Shown here piece by piece: positions 51,989-64,000 of a DNA stretch of 64,000 nucleotides. Within the stretch, counting starts at the first letter, position 1. The number at the start of each line of letters is the position of its first letter. Made by a program: the position numbers and the translations under genes. The notes beneath the pieces are model-generated. The model did no database searches. It was given only the letters and a program-made list of their open reading frames with translations, and was not told the origin of the DNA. Source of the stretch: Eledone cirrhosa (lineage: Eukaryota); assembly GCA_964016885.1 (NCBI GenBank), contig OZ024745.1:93434001-93498000 (forward strand), given 5' to 3'.

Positions 51989-53228
51989 TTGGGTTGATGC
52001 ATAATTATTGAGGCCTTTTTTCAGCAAATTTTATTCAATAAAAACAATAACATTTAACAAAAACATCTTTAAATGATTATTCCGGAGCATATTCATCATT
52101 TACTTCAATTACTGCTTCCCATTTGCTTGGCAGACGGTCGATTCCACGGGCGAAGAAGTTACTGTTCTTAGAGGCAATCCACTCTTTGATGGCGGCCACC
52201 AAATCATCCAAGTCGTCGGAAACTTTGTTCGCGAGCCAATTTTTCAGCAATCGATTGACGTGATAGTCTGTGGGAGAATATGGCGGATGAGGAAGCAGTT
52301 CCCAGCCCTTATTGGCGATAGATTCGACGACACTACGCTCAACATGTGGACGCGCATTATCGTGGTGGTAGACAATATGGTTCTTTTTGCGCAGTCTTTT
52401 CATCTTGATTGCAGCGTGAATGCGGTCAAGTTGAGCTAGATAAACGTCGCTGTTGATATTTAATTGCCGCTTGCCATTTTTGTCCAGAATCTGCCACTGT
52501 TGACGCTCATCGTCGTCATTCCACCAATAACAAATCCCGGTTGAGATGATTTCCCAGTGAATGATTCCGCTTCTGTCCCACCAAACACACCACATTGCCT
52601 TCTTACAGTGGACGCCTTTAGGTATTCCTTTTGGTGAAACACCTGGCGAAATGCAAACCTTCTTTCTTTTGACATTTTTGAAGAGAAGCCATGATTCATC
52701 CCCAGTGACGAGATTCTTCAGGAACAGAGTTTGCTCATTTCGCTGCAGCAAATCGGTAAAAATTCGGACACGTTCGGCTTTGTTGTTATCCAGCCAATTT
52801 CCATACTTTTCCGAGCTTTTTGAGACGACGAACGATAGTCAAATGGTCCACATTGAAGTCTTCGGCCAACATTCTCGTTGTCAAGCTTTCGTCCTCTTCC
52901 ACGGCTGCCAAAAGTACCTGGTCGTTGAAATTTGATGGTCGACCTCTTCCTTCTTCACCTGCGAGGTTTGTATCGCCCGATTTGAACTTCCTGAACCATC
53001 TTTCAACTTGGCATTTGCTGATTGTTCCTTCATCAAAAAGTTCATTGAGATCGCGAAATGACTGTGCTGCATTCCAACCTTTCTCGAAGTGTGGATATGA
53101 TTTTCGATATGCATTCTGAAAAGAGAAAAACCCGACCGTCATTTAAAGATATTTTTGTTAAATATTGTTATTGTTTTTGTTAAATAAAATTTGTTGAAAA
53201 AAAGCCGCAATAATTATGCACCAACCCA
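51989..53228 (-). mobile_element. Mariner transposon (D,D,D transposase, frameshifted) with about 88-bp inverted termini
   Basis: HTH (VERWFRKFKSGD, GRP), TGDESW, HHDNARPH, HPPYSP-TDYH; TIR ttgggttgatgcataattattg/caataattatgcaccaaccca; left TA present. Confidence 0.93.
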
Positions 53229-53700
53229 CATTGTGTGGATCTGTCTGATTCTGGATCTGCAGGTTTAACGGACACTTCTAATGATTTCCGAGCAAATTCT
53301 CTCACTGGGGTGTTAGCGTCAAAAACATCCTCTTCGCGCGTCCTGCTAGTGGCTGCTGTTTTTCTACGTCATCATAATTTTGACCAACAGGTGCCATCCA
53401 ACTGACTATCAGCTGTCCCTTTTCTGCCACACTTTGATGAATTACTGCTGGGTTTGGTAGTTCACACGTCCGCGCGCGCACTCACACACACAGACACAAT
53501 CCGATAGATAACTACATCCGTACGCATATACTCCCGCTATACATACGCACTTAAGGAGAACATATAAACCTATAAACATATGCATACACAGACGCCTGCC
53601 TACATGCCCACATACATCAACACACGCTCACACATGCATACGCGCATATCTACTCATATACACAAACACGTACAAACATATACATAGACACGCACATGCA
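53229..53700 (-). repeat. Second copy of the non-coding element at 60219-61116
   Basis: Reverse complement of about 60446-60950 with few differences. Confidence 0.9.
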
Positions 53701-53774
53701 CATACACACGTGTCCATATATATAGGCACAAGACTCGCTCGCAAACACACACACACACACACATATATATATAT

Positions 53775-56112
53775 CATCATCAATCATCATCAACGTTTAA
53801 CGTCCGTGTTCCACGCTTGCATGGGTTTGGACGGGGGTTTTCCCACTTGAGGCAAGAGTGATTGTCTTGCTCGCATAGGACTGTCTGGCAGGTTTTCTAC
53901 AGTTGGATGCCCTTCCTAACACCAACCACATTTACAGTGTGGGTCTGGGAGGTTTTTACCGTGTTGCCTACACGGCCAAATTACAGCGTGGACTGTGTGT
54001 TTTTTTGTCGTGACACCTACACGATCTCATTTGTTTCGGCCTGGATGGTGTGGCACCAACATAACTTTACATAGAAGGGGGCGGTGTGGATGGGGTGGGG
54101 GTGGTGGTGGTGGTGGTGGGGGGGGGGGGGGGGTATTTTGTTAGAGATGCCTACTGACTGTAGTAGGTTTTACTATGTATTTAGGTAAGGCGGGTCTTCT
54201 CTATTACTGAGTACCGCCAAAGGTCTCGGTCCAGTGACATTGTCTTGGAGAGGTGTAAGTGTGTGAGGTCGGAGTTTATCAGCTCGTCCCAGGTTTTTCT
54301 AGGTCTGCCTATTCCGTGGCTACCGTCTATCTTTATTGCCCTGCACTTTGTTATACAGCTATCGACTTTCATGCGCATCATGTGTCCATACCAACGTAGC
54401 CTTCTCTCGAGTAAACAACATCTGATCCCTCTTATTTCTAATTTTTTCTTTAGTTCGTTTATGCTTTGCCATTCACGTATATTACTATTACACATCCAGC
54501 GGAGCATGCAAGCTTCGTTCCTCTCTAGTCTGCGTATATCCTCTGCACACAATGCCCAGGTCTCACTGCCATGCAACATTGCTGTTCGTATGCAGGCATC
54601 ATACAACCTGCCTTTCGTTTTTAGGGAGAACCTTTTAGCGGCTAATAGTGGTATAAGCTCTCTGAACTTTTTCCATCCAGTTCTGACTCTAGCTATTATA
54701 CTTTCAGAGCACCCTCCCCCACTGCTGATTTTGTCACCCAGGTAACGGAAGCTGTCCACTATTTCTATAGAGCCCTCTGCGCAGTTGAAAGAGCTAGTAT
54801 TTTGTGGGCACTTGCTGCTACTTATTGCACCAGAGCACCGGCCACATGTGAAATCTATGTTCTTAGTCAGCTTACCTGTGATCCCACTACATCTTTTATG
54901 CACCCATACTTTGCATTTCTGACACAAAATGGAGTTTCTACCTACGCCTTTCCTACACACTGAGCATGGCCACTTCCCGGAAGGGATCGCCGCCTTATTT
55001 TCTTTCCTACAAACTAGAACTTTGGTCTTAGCCAGATTAATTTTAAGGCCTTTTGATTCTAGGCCGTGCTTCCATGTTTGGAATTTCTTCTCTAGCTCGG
55101 CCATTGATTCAGCTATGAGTGTTAGGTCGTCTGCGTATAGGAGTTCCCATGGGCAGCCGGTCTTGAACTCCTCTGTTTTAGCCTGAAGGGCAATAATAAA
55201 TAGTAGGGGGCTAAGAACAGAGCCCTGATGGACGCCAACTTTTACGCTAAACTCTTCACTATATTCGTTGTTAATTCTAACCTTGCTGACTGTTTCTTTA
55301 TACATGGCTTGTATAGCTCTCACAAGCCATTCGTCGACACCTAGTTTTCTAAGGGCCCACCAGATAATGGAACGGGGGACTCTGTCGAAGGCTTTCTTCA
55401 AGTCGACAAAAGCTAAGTAGAGGGGTTTACTTTTAGCTAGGTACTTCTCCTGTAGTTGTCGTACAATGAAAAGAGCGTCTGTGGTACTTTTGCCTGACAC
55501 AAACCCGAACTGCATTTCATCTAGGTCAATTCTCTCTCTGATTAGTTGCGCTATTACTTTTTCTGTGACCTTCATGACCTGGTCGATTAATTTAATGCCT
55601 CTATAGTTACTCCTATCTAGGGCATCTCCTTTACCCTTATAACAGTTAACGATGATGCTGCTATGCCAGTCCTTCGGAACAACCCCATTTTATACGACTT
55701 GGTTAACTATCCGGGTGACCATGGTGTGTCCCACCGTGCCAGATGCCTTCAGCATCTCAGCAACTATTTCCGAAGGCCCAGCCGCCTTACCCGTCTTCAT
55801 ATCCTTGATTGCCTTACTTATTATACTACCCTCGACTAACACTGCTGCTCCCTCCATTGGGTCGATATGGGGGAGACTGTCTTTCTCCCATTTATTCTCC
55901 TCATTTAGTAGCCTTTCGTAGTGACACTTCCAAGCTACCTTCTTATCAGCGTCGGTGATGGCAAGTACGCCGTCATCATTAAGTACACACTTCTCCCCGA
56001 CAATATCACGGTTTGCCTTGACACATTGCCTAGCAATCCTGAACACCTCACGTTTTTGGTCCTCGCGTTGTAGAACATGCTTGAACTTTCTTTCCTCTGC
56101 TTCCCTTCTTGC
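53775..56112 (-). mobile_element. 5'-truncated RTE LINE, near-intact RT ORF with one in-frame stop at 55690
   Basis: ORFs 55690-56121 and 54181-55575 share a frame; YADD intact; 3' UTR and (ATG)n tail; inserted in TA/CA tract. Confidence 0.95.
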
Positions 56113-56148
56113 GAAGTACACTTATATATATTTATATATATTTATATA

Positions 56149-56204
<56 letters not shown>

Positions 56205-56567
56205 AACAAGCCCTTTCCCTATAGTGGGTGCATGTACACACTCACAGTGGCTTATATACACTCCTACAAATATGCGCCTATTCACATACAGGCCCACACA
56301 CGCCTACAAAGATACATAATGGGTCCTACAATGGTTCATACATGAAAGGATGTATCTTGATATAAACATGCACATATAAACAATATATACATATACACAC
56401 ACATATATATATACACGTATATAAAAAAAACATACAATATACTAAAATATATATATAATGTCATACATTAAAGGATGTATCTTGTAGTAAACATGCACAT
56501 ATATAAACAATATAACCATATACATACATCCATTAAAAATTGCAAACTTGACTGTCACCACATATTA

Positions 56568-56606
56568 TGAACCTGAAGATTGCGAAAGCATGAAAGTACT
56601 TGTTCA
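56568..56606 (+). ncRNA. Minimal type I hammerhead ribozyme
   Basis: tgaac CTGAAGA t-tgc-gaaa-gca-t GAAA gtac TT gttca. Confidence 0.8.
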
Positions 56607-56919
56607 ATTAACACTTAGAATTTAATATTCTACCATACTATTTCATTATAATACCATTATAAATTTTAAAGGATTGTAAATAAAACGAGTAAATCAGACA
56701 AAGTTGGAATTTCTCTTATTAATATAATCTTCTATACACAATCATACACACCCGTGTATATTTACCTATCTATATATATATACATATATATATATATACA
56801 CACATATATATATATACACATACATATATACACATATATAAAAGTAATATACAATATACCAAAAATATACATATAACGTCACATAGAAATATATAAAAAA
56901 AAGAAGGGACGTGTATGCG

Positions 56920-59900
56920 TATGAGATAGTACAAGGAGGAGTATGAGATGTACACTTGGGCCTGTATACGGAACAAATAATGTGTTCCAAAATGGAATAC
57001 GTGGAGAGTATGGACTCTCGATTGAAAAGATACATATGCATGGGGGTGCGTGGTCCGGCCATACTGGAGTATGTCACTGTGGTTGAGGTATGTTGTCCTA
57101 TAGGTGTAAGGTATTTGACTGAAAGTCAACTTGTCCCGGCTCAGGCGATGTTCTTGCCTAAGGTGACGTGCAGAGTCGGGTATGCATCTTGGGTTATTTT
57201 GGTTTACCCCAAGGGGCATATACTGTCATCAGGGTATGGTGTCTGATCCCTTGAACCGGTTTCGCTACTCTGGTCGGCATGTGCTCCGCCGCATACCTTT
57301 AGCCCCTGGGCTTCTCGGTGGATTCCATGCGGAGAGTGTGCACCTTCTCTGGTGTCTGCACGTCATGATTATTTCCGATTTCAGGTTGACTGCATCATCC
57401 TTCAGTCTGACTATCTCCATGGCCTCGTATAGGCATAGGCTACACTTTCTACCTCCAGCCGAGTATGCATTCGCGTGCTGAACGATACTCCAGTCAAGGG
57501 CATACGGGGTGCCCTTGTCTTTTAAGTCCCACACCAGGTCCGCCAGCCTAGTAGAGTGCCTCTTACTCCGGTCCTTGAAAGAGTTTGTGTGGTTATACAT
57601 CCGTGATTTAAAGGTTGTGGATGTTGCGCCGATGTATGTGCGGTTTATATTGTGCGTGCTAACCACACATTTATATACCAGGCCCTTCATCAGGCATCTT
57701 CCCTGCAGGAGGCACTGCATGCCCGCTCTGCAGTTGCACGTTATGTTGTAATGTTCATTTCGGACGCCTGGCCCTTATTCTGCTAGGGCCCTCTCCCGAT
57801 TCTCGGTGTTGTTCCGCTGACACGGTGGTCTCTCCTCCGCCACTCAATCCTGCTTGGCATTGGATTGTATCGTCTTCCGTGGGTGTGGCGGCCGCCGCGA
57901 AGGCCGGATTGTGGTTGGAAGTCCAGTCTGTGAAGGGCCCTCCGGGCTCCGATGGACGGTCATTCTGCTGCCGCGGTTGATGGTCGAGGTTCCCCATCTT
58001 TGCCGCATTGGTTTTCGCCATGTAGTAGGCCATATTAGGTGCTGTGGAGAAGGAAAACTTCACCGTGTGGCGGTTGAAAATCTTGTGGTATCTGTTCGAC
58101 GGCGAGAAGCACTCGTCTAACGCTTGGAAAAAGAGGCCTGGCACATTACTGCATTGCTTAGAATACGGCGCGTTAAACCATGTAACGCCCTTAGATCTTG
58201 TCTTGTTCTTTCGTGTGTGTGTGTAGTAGCGTGAGTGTGTTTTGGGTCTGATGTCTCTCGGGTTTTGCCTGCCCATTATTTCGTCCCCTATGTTGCCTCT
58301 ATCTATATGTCTGCTGTGGGCGCCATGGTTATGCCTTTCGCTTACTAAGGTATTCCGTTTTGTATTGTCGGCTCTACTGTTAGTCTCGTTAATGCTATGT
58401 GGTGCTGTTATCGGGGCTATACCATTGCTACCGGGCCGGGTGTTCCCTCTAGCGGGTGTTCCCTCTAGCATGGCCGTACTTGTCGTTACTCTGTCCCTAG
58501 TTCTAGTTTCCGCAACACACGTGGTGTGCATGCCGGGCTTTTGTCTACATGTACTGGGTCGTCTATCGCCCGTGTGCGTCTTCGTCTGTCCTATTGTTGG
58601 TCCTGTGTCCTTATGGTGACCTGTGCTGCTACTTGTGTTCTTGGAGGCTAGTTCCAGGTCGTTTCTTCTAGTTATGGAAGTGCCACTACTATTGCCATAT
58701 CCACATGCCTCAACGCTAGGCTCTTGCCTGTCTGTGGTGTACACTATGCTGTCTGTGTAACCGGCCCTGCGCAGTGCCTCATTATAATAGTCGGCGTGTT
58801 GGTTGAACACGTCTGCGTTGGCCGACGGGGTGGATACACGTTTAGATACCCCTTTAATTATTGCTTCTATGAGTGACTTGGGGTGGTTCGATTGCCTGTT
58901 CACATATTGCAGGTTCTCATTGGGCTTGTGATAAGGTTGGTGGATGCCCGTATTCATTTCCAGGGTAACGTCCAGGAAATTCACTGTCTTAGTGCTAGGA
59001 TCTATCGTCACGGATAAGCTATGTTGCTTAAAAAAGTGTGATATACGCTTCCTCATATGCTCCAGCTGGCTGGGGTTTAGGGAACGGAAGGTTAAAAAGT
59101 GTGTTGTCTCTGTATATTCCTCTGCTGATCCCTGGGATCTCCTCCGCTAATCTTTGGAGGATAGATCCCCACCAGATCGGTCACCTGCGCCGAGTCGCTC
59201 GACCCCATAGTAATATCGAAACTGTCGGGTCTGTCCCTCCTCTCCCATAACTTGTCTTCGAATCTAATTAGCGTCTTTCATGCTGATATTATGAGGCTTG
59301 CCTCCTCCCTAGTGAGGTTGGACTTGGCCATGGCGCTAATGAGGGCCTTGTTCACTATTACAGGTGATACTCACGCGTAATAATTTGCTATGTCTAATTG
59401 AATAAAATTTACCTGCTGTTTGCTATCTATTAGCGAGAACCAGTCAATTACCTCCTTGGTGGAGGTCCATAAGCTAAGCCTAGTTTTGTTCCTAAGTACC
59501 GGTAGTATCCTGTCTATGAAATTCTTGCTGGTCCTACCTATGTCTGATTTGGAGGGTGCTATTAGCCTAACAGGTAGATTAGTTCTAAAGTCTAATTTAT
59601 GATCCTTAATGGATATCCAAGGTTTTCTAGGTACATATAGTTCTGACTTATCATCTATTCCTAGCCTGGTCATTATTTTTTTGGACGTGGCGTTAATGTT
59701 ATCTAAGTTGTCCTGTCCTGTGGTCCTGTAATTTTTCCTAACCTCTTTCCCAACGCAGTCGTTGTATGTAAAACGGTCAAGCATGTATACATTACCAGTT
59801 TTGTCCGAGGGCACAATTAAATCCAGGTACTCCTCCATGCTTTTGATTGTGGAGCTCAATCTCCGGAGGTAATCCGTATGTCGTGTAATATTCCTTCGGA

Positions 59901-60208
59901 ATTTGATGTTTCTGACGATGTTGATGATGTGGTTTTCAAATTCTTCCAGCTGTACATTATGTGGTGGGTGTCGTCTTGATCTAAAGATCCACTTTAGGCG
60001 GTCCTGAGGATTATCGGGTGCGTGTTGCTGTGTCCTTCTGTTGTAGTGAAATGCGCACCATCTCATGCTTCTAACGAAAGAGTTGGTGTGGTGCATCAGT
60101 AGGCTCATGTATGTGTTGTCAGATGGGATTGGGATGTCTTTAAAGAGGAAGAGTAATTGAATTTTTCCATGGCGAATCACTGTAAGTGCTCTACTTGTAC
60201 AGGAACGT
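56920..60208 (-). mobile_element. Full-length but inactivated GC-richer Penelope-like element
   Basis: gccATGG at 60170; KDIPIP N-terminus, SDKT, KDHK, QLDIANYY, ITMGSSDS, YRDN (catalytic D lost), NFLDV, CNC..C..C, LVY..YIG, CSLC..CRH; two TGA stops and about three frameshifts. Confidence 0.93.
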
Positions 60209-60218
60209 AATATATATA

Positions 60219-60651
60219 TGTCTGATGGTAGCTAAGATGCTTCCATAGGCAGTATGCCGGTTGAGCGCTCTATGTTCTTACAGAGCAGAGTGTGATATAA
60301 TATAAAACGAAAAATCAGTGATGATCTGAACTCAATTTATTGGGTGTTACAATTGTTTTGCCAGCGGACAGCTCGAGACACGATCATTGTGTGGATCTGT
60401 CTGATTCTGGATCTGCAGGTTTGACGGACACGTCTAATGATTTCCGCATGTGCGTGTATATGTCTGTATGTGTTTGTGTATATGAGTAGATATGCGTGTA
60501 TGCATGTGTGCTCCTGTGTGCATGTGTTGATGTATGTGGGCATGTAGGCAGGCGTCTGTGTATGCGTATGTTTATAGGTTTATATGTTCTCCTTAAGTGT
60601 GTATGTATAGCGGGAGTATATGCGTACGGATGTTGTTATCTATCTGATTGG

Positions 60652-60696
<45 letters not shown>

Positions 60697-61116
60697 TGCA
60701 CGCGCGCGGATGTGTTAACTACCAAACCCAGCAGTAATTCATCAAAGTGTGGCAGAAAAGGGACAGCTGATAGTCAGTTGGATGGCACCTGTTGGTCAAA
60801 ATTATGATGACGTAGAAAAACAGCAGCCACTAGCAGGACGCGCGAAGAGGAGGTTTTTGACGCTAACACCCCAGTGAGAGAATTTGCTCGGAAATCATTA
60901 GAAGTGTCCGTCGAACCTGCAGATCCAGAATCAGACAGATCCTCACAATGATCGTGTCTTGAGCTGTCCGCTGGCAAAACAATTGTAACACCCAATAAAT
61001 TGAGTTCAGATCATCACTGATTTTTCGTTTTATATTATATCACACTCTGCTCTGTAAGAACATAGAGTGCTCAACCGGCATACCGCCTATGGAAGCATCT
61101 TAGCTACCATCAGACA
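60219..61116. mobile_element. Non-coding fold-back element with about 230-bp inverted termini between (TA)n tracts, PLE-associated
   Basis: 60219-60445 is the reverse complement of 60889-61116; each arm has a hammerhead-shaped fold and the TA-bulged hairpin. Confidence 0.75.
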
Positions 61117-61473
61117 CATATATATATATATATGTATATATATATATGTAAATATATGTATGTATATATATATTTGTATATATATATATGTAAATATATG
61201 TATGTATATATGTATATATATATATATGTAAATATATATATGTATATATATATATGTAAATATATGTATGTATATGTATATGTAAATATATGTATATATA
61301 TATGTATGTAAATATATGTATGTATATGTAAATATATGTATATATATATGTATATATGTGTATATATACATATGTAAATATATGTATTATGTATATGTAT
61401 ATATATATGTAAATATATGTATGTATATATACAATATTAAATAAATGGAAAACTATATTTATAAAACCATATT

Positions 61474-61539
61474 TATTTCATTATATATATTTCGGGGATA
61501 TCATATTAACAATATGCTATGCCTTCATCAGACAAAATA
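61474..61539 (-). ncRNA. Type I hammerhead ribozyme
   Basis: Reverse complement: tattttgt CTGATGA ..catatt/aatatg.. GAAA tatata TA atgaaata; abuts TA-rich microsatellite. Confidence 0.85.
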
Positions 61540-61909
61540 CAATATAAACAGTTTTATAGATAAATATATTCGACATACCGTAATAAACATCAACTTCATT
61601 TGAAGAGGTTCACTCTAGCAGTGAAAATACAGAGAGAAAGAAAGAAAGAGAGAGAGAAAAAAAGAGGGAAATAAGAAAGAAAGAAAGACGAAACGAAGAA
61701 AAGGAAGAAAAAGAAGAAAAAGAAGAAATGCATGGGACAAAATAGAGAGATGGAAAAATAGATAAAGCGAAGAGCTTCATGTAAAGAGACCGAAAGAGAT
61801 ATATATATATATATAGAGAGAGGAAATAGAGATAGATACATATATAAATATAGATATAGAAAAATTAGGTAGTGGGAGGTCATTTTGAGTAAGTGTATCA
61901 ATGATGCAT

Positions 61910-61944
<35 letters not shown>

Positions 61945-62757
61945 GCTCAAGTATTAATGTAAGGGAGATATAGAGAGATATAGAGAGATATAGAGAGAGA
62001 AAAATTTAAAAATAGCCAGACATATTCGAGGCGTAGAAAACCCTATGTTTTAATGTATTAGTATTTATAAAACTTACACTATATTGTAAATATCAGTATT
62101 CCTGAATGAAACAAGTATTCATAATGCGTGAAAATTCATTATCTTATGTTTAGTTTTTTAAAAAATTCATATGTCTATGTGAATCCAACTGATTCACTCC
62201 GCAAATTCAAAGTTACCGGAAAACATTCTCAATGTGGTATAAACATTTGAGCGTATTATTATTCTTGCGATTACTCTACAAGATTATCTATCAAGCAGAA
62301 ATAGAGAGCAGATTTCAATATACTAATCGAAAATATATATTATATTATAAGCAGAGATAACAATAATAATGATAATAAGTAAAAATATATAAAAATATAA
62401 AAATATAGAATAGAAAACTAAAAAAGAATATTACGAAAGAATATTACATAATAAAAATATTGCATATTAAAAATACTATGTTTTAAAATTATTACGTATT
62501 AAAACTTTACATATAAAAATATTAAAAATAAAAATAAAATAAAATAAAAAATAAAAAATAAAAATATAAAAATATTATAGAATACTACAATACTAAAAGA
62601 ATAAAAATAAAAATAAAAATAAAAATAAAAATAAAAATAAAAATAAAAAATAAACCACAAAGAACAACCCTTCAAGGTTAATTGACAATATATTGCCAAG
62701 TTCACTACAAGACAAAGCCAAAAATTATCTATCAAATCACATCTAGCAAGGAATATC

Positions 62758-62795
<38 letters not shown>

Positions 62796-64000
62796 ATTGA
62801 CATAACTATGGGATCTTCCGACTCAGCTCAAGTAACTGACCTTGTGGGCTTATTTTTAATCAATTCGCTACATAGGAAAATACCTGGTACTACCGGAGGT
62901 TTATATAGGGATGACATGCTTTTACTCATTAATAATAATAACCCTGAACTAAATAGAAAATGTAAACAAATTACAAAATTTTTTAATTACTTTAACCTTA
63001 AAATAGAAATTGAGAACAACCATAGAATAGTCAATTTCCTAGATATAACATTAAATCTCAACACATGTCTCCACTATCCTTTTCACAAGTTGAATGAAAA
63101 CTTAAACTATGTCAACTTTAACTCTAACCACCCCAGATCTGTCAAAAACACTATAGTAAACTCAGTCCAAAAGCGTATCTCTAGGATCTCGTCGAATAGA
63201 AAGATTTTTGACGAAAAGGCCCAATACTATAATGATGCACTAGCTAGGGCAGGGTATGCTGATAAGATTGTGTACATAGATAATGATAAACAAACTAAAC
63301 AAAGTAACAACTTTTTTAATTATGGCAACAACATTAACAACTATAATAGAAACCATTACAATAATTCCAAAGGACAAAAAAGAAATAGAACTAGGAACAT
63401 AATTTGGTTTGCCCCCCCTTTCTCACTAAACATTAAAACCCACATCGCTAAATTATTTTTCAAAGCTCTTGATAATCGCTTCCCTAGAACACATAGGTAC
63501 CACTCAATCTTCAATAGGCATACAATTAAATTAACCTATTCATCCACCAAAAATTTAGCACAAAATATTAATAGAATAAATAATAGGAACTTAAAAACTA
63601 CTGATAATAGCATAAATAATATACAAGTTAACAAATGCAACTGTAGAGATAGATCTAAATGTCCGTTAAATAACAACTGCTTAGTTAAAAATATAGTATA
63701 CAATTGTAATGTTAATACTGACTCTAATTCTTTTAACTACGTCGGTTCCACATCGACGGAATTTAAACTTCGCTATAATAACCACAAGAATTCTTTCACA
63801 GATCCAAATAAAAAATCTTCAACGGCACTATCAGGTGTACTCTGGCAACTTAAGCTAGATAACGTTAGATATTCGACGGCTTGGAATATAGTCTCAAGAG
63901 GGATTCCTTTTAATTCATCCTCTGAGACATGTGACCTCTGCGCAGAGGAGATATTCTTTATACTAAAATCTAAAAATTCCCTTAACCTACGGACAAATTT
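62796..64000 (+). CDS. PLE RT plus GIY-YIG, open to the window end (absent from the ORF track)
   Basis: Manual translation: DITMGSSDSAQVTDLVG, LYRDD, VNFLDI, IWFAPPFS, CNCRDRSKCPLNNNC, IVY..YVG, CDLC; no stop seen over about 400 codons. Confidence 0.9.
   Translation, partial: MDITMGSSDSAQVTDLVGLFLINSLHRKIPGTTGGLYRDDMLLLINNNNPELNRKCKQITKFFNYFNLKIEIENNHRIVNFLDITLNLNTCLHYPFHKLNENLNYVNFNSNHPRSVKNTIVNSVQKRISRISSNRKIFDEKAQYYNDALARAGYADKIVYIDNDKQTKQSNNFFNYGNNINNYNRNHYNNSKGQKRNRTRNIIWFAPPFSLNIKTHIAKLFFKALDNRFPRTHRYHSIFNRHTIKLTYSSTKNLAQNINRINNRNLKTTDNSINNIQVNKCNCRDRSKCPLNNNCLVKNIVYNCNVNTDSNSFNYVGSTSTEFKLRYNNHKNSFTDPNKKSSTALSGVLWQLKLDNVRYSTAWNIVSRGIPFNSSSETCDLCAEEIFFILKSKNSLNLRTN

Noticed and set aside
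54245-55186. Antisense ORFs over RTE, PLE and CRE coding regions
   Set aside because: Shadow frames of real retroelement ORFs with no independent motifs
57220-57270. CTGATGA and GAAAccggTT on the minus strand as a type II hammerhead
   Set aside because: Stems I and II cannot be paired in the required register
59278-59373. In-frame TGA codons in a PLE as possible selenocysteine
   Set aside because: They align to Ser and Arg rather than Cys, and the element also has frameshifts and YRDN

Overview
AT-rich, (TA)n/(CA)n-microsatellite-rich animal genomic DNA. The SINE and LINE repertoire suggests a cephalopod such as Octopus (inference). Most of the window is a transposon mosaic: Penelope-like elements (PLEs, RT plus C-terminal GIY-YIG) bordered by (TA)n, RTE, L1/Tx1 and CRE-like LINEs, a Ty3/gypsy element with two LTRs, mariner and maT DNA transposons, non-autonomous Helitrons, TTAA MITEs, tRNA-derived SINEs and a 2.3-kb 29-bp satellite. 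Three small + strand exons (32388-32460, 37575-37625, 47385-47545) splice in frame into a signal peptide plus the first repeat of a cadherin-family protein that the ORF track does not assemble. The most interesting signals are RNA-level. There are six complete and several broken hammerhead ribozymes in PLE terminal repeats. A covarying hairpin with a TA bulge recurs downstream of several of them and at the 5' end of a full-length PLE. A non-coding fold-back element carries a core-deleted hammerhead in both arms. All calls were made by eye; boundaries without a TSD or TIR are approximate.
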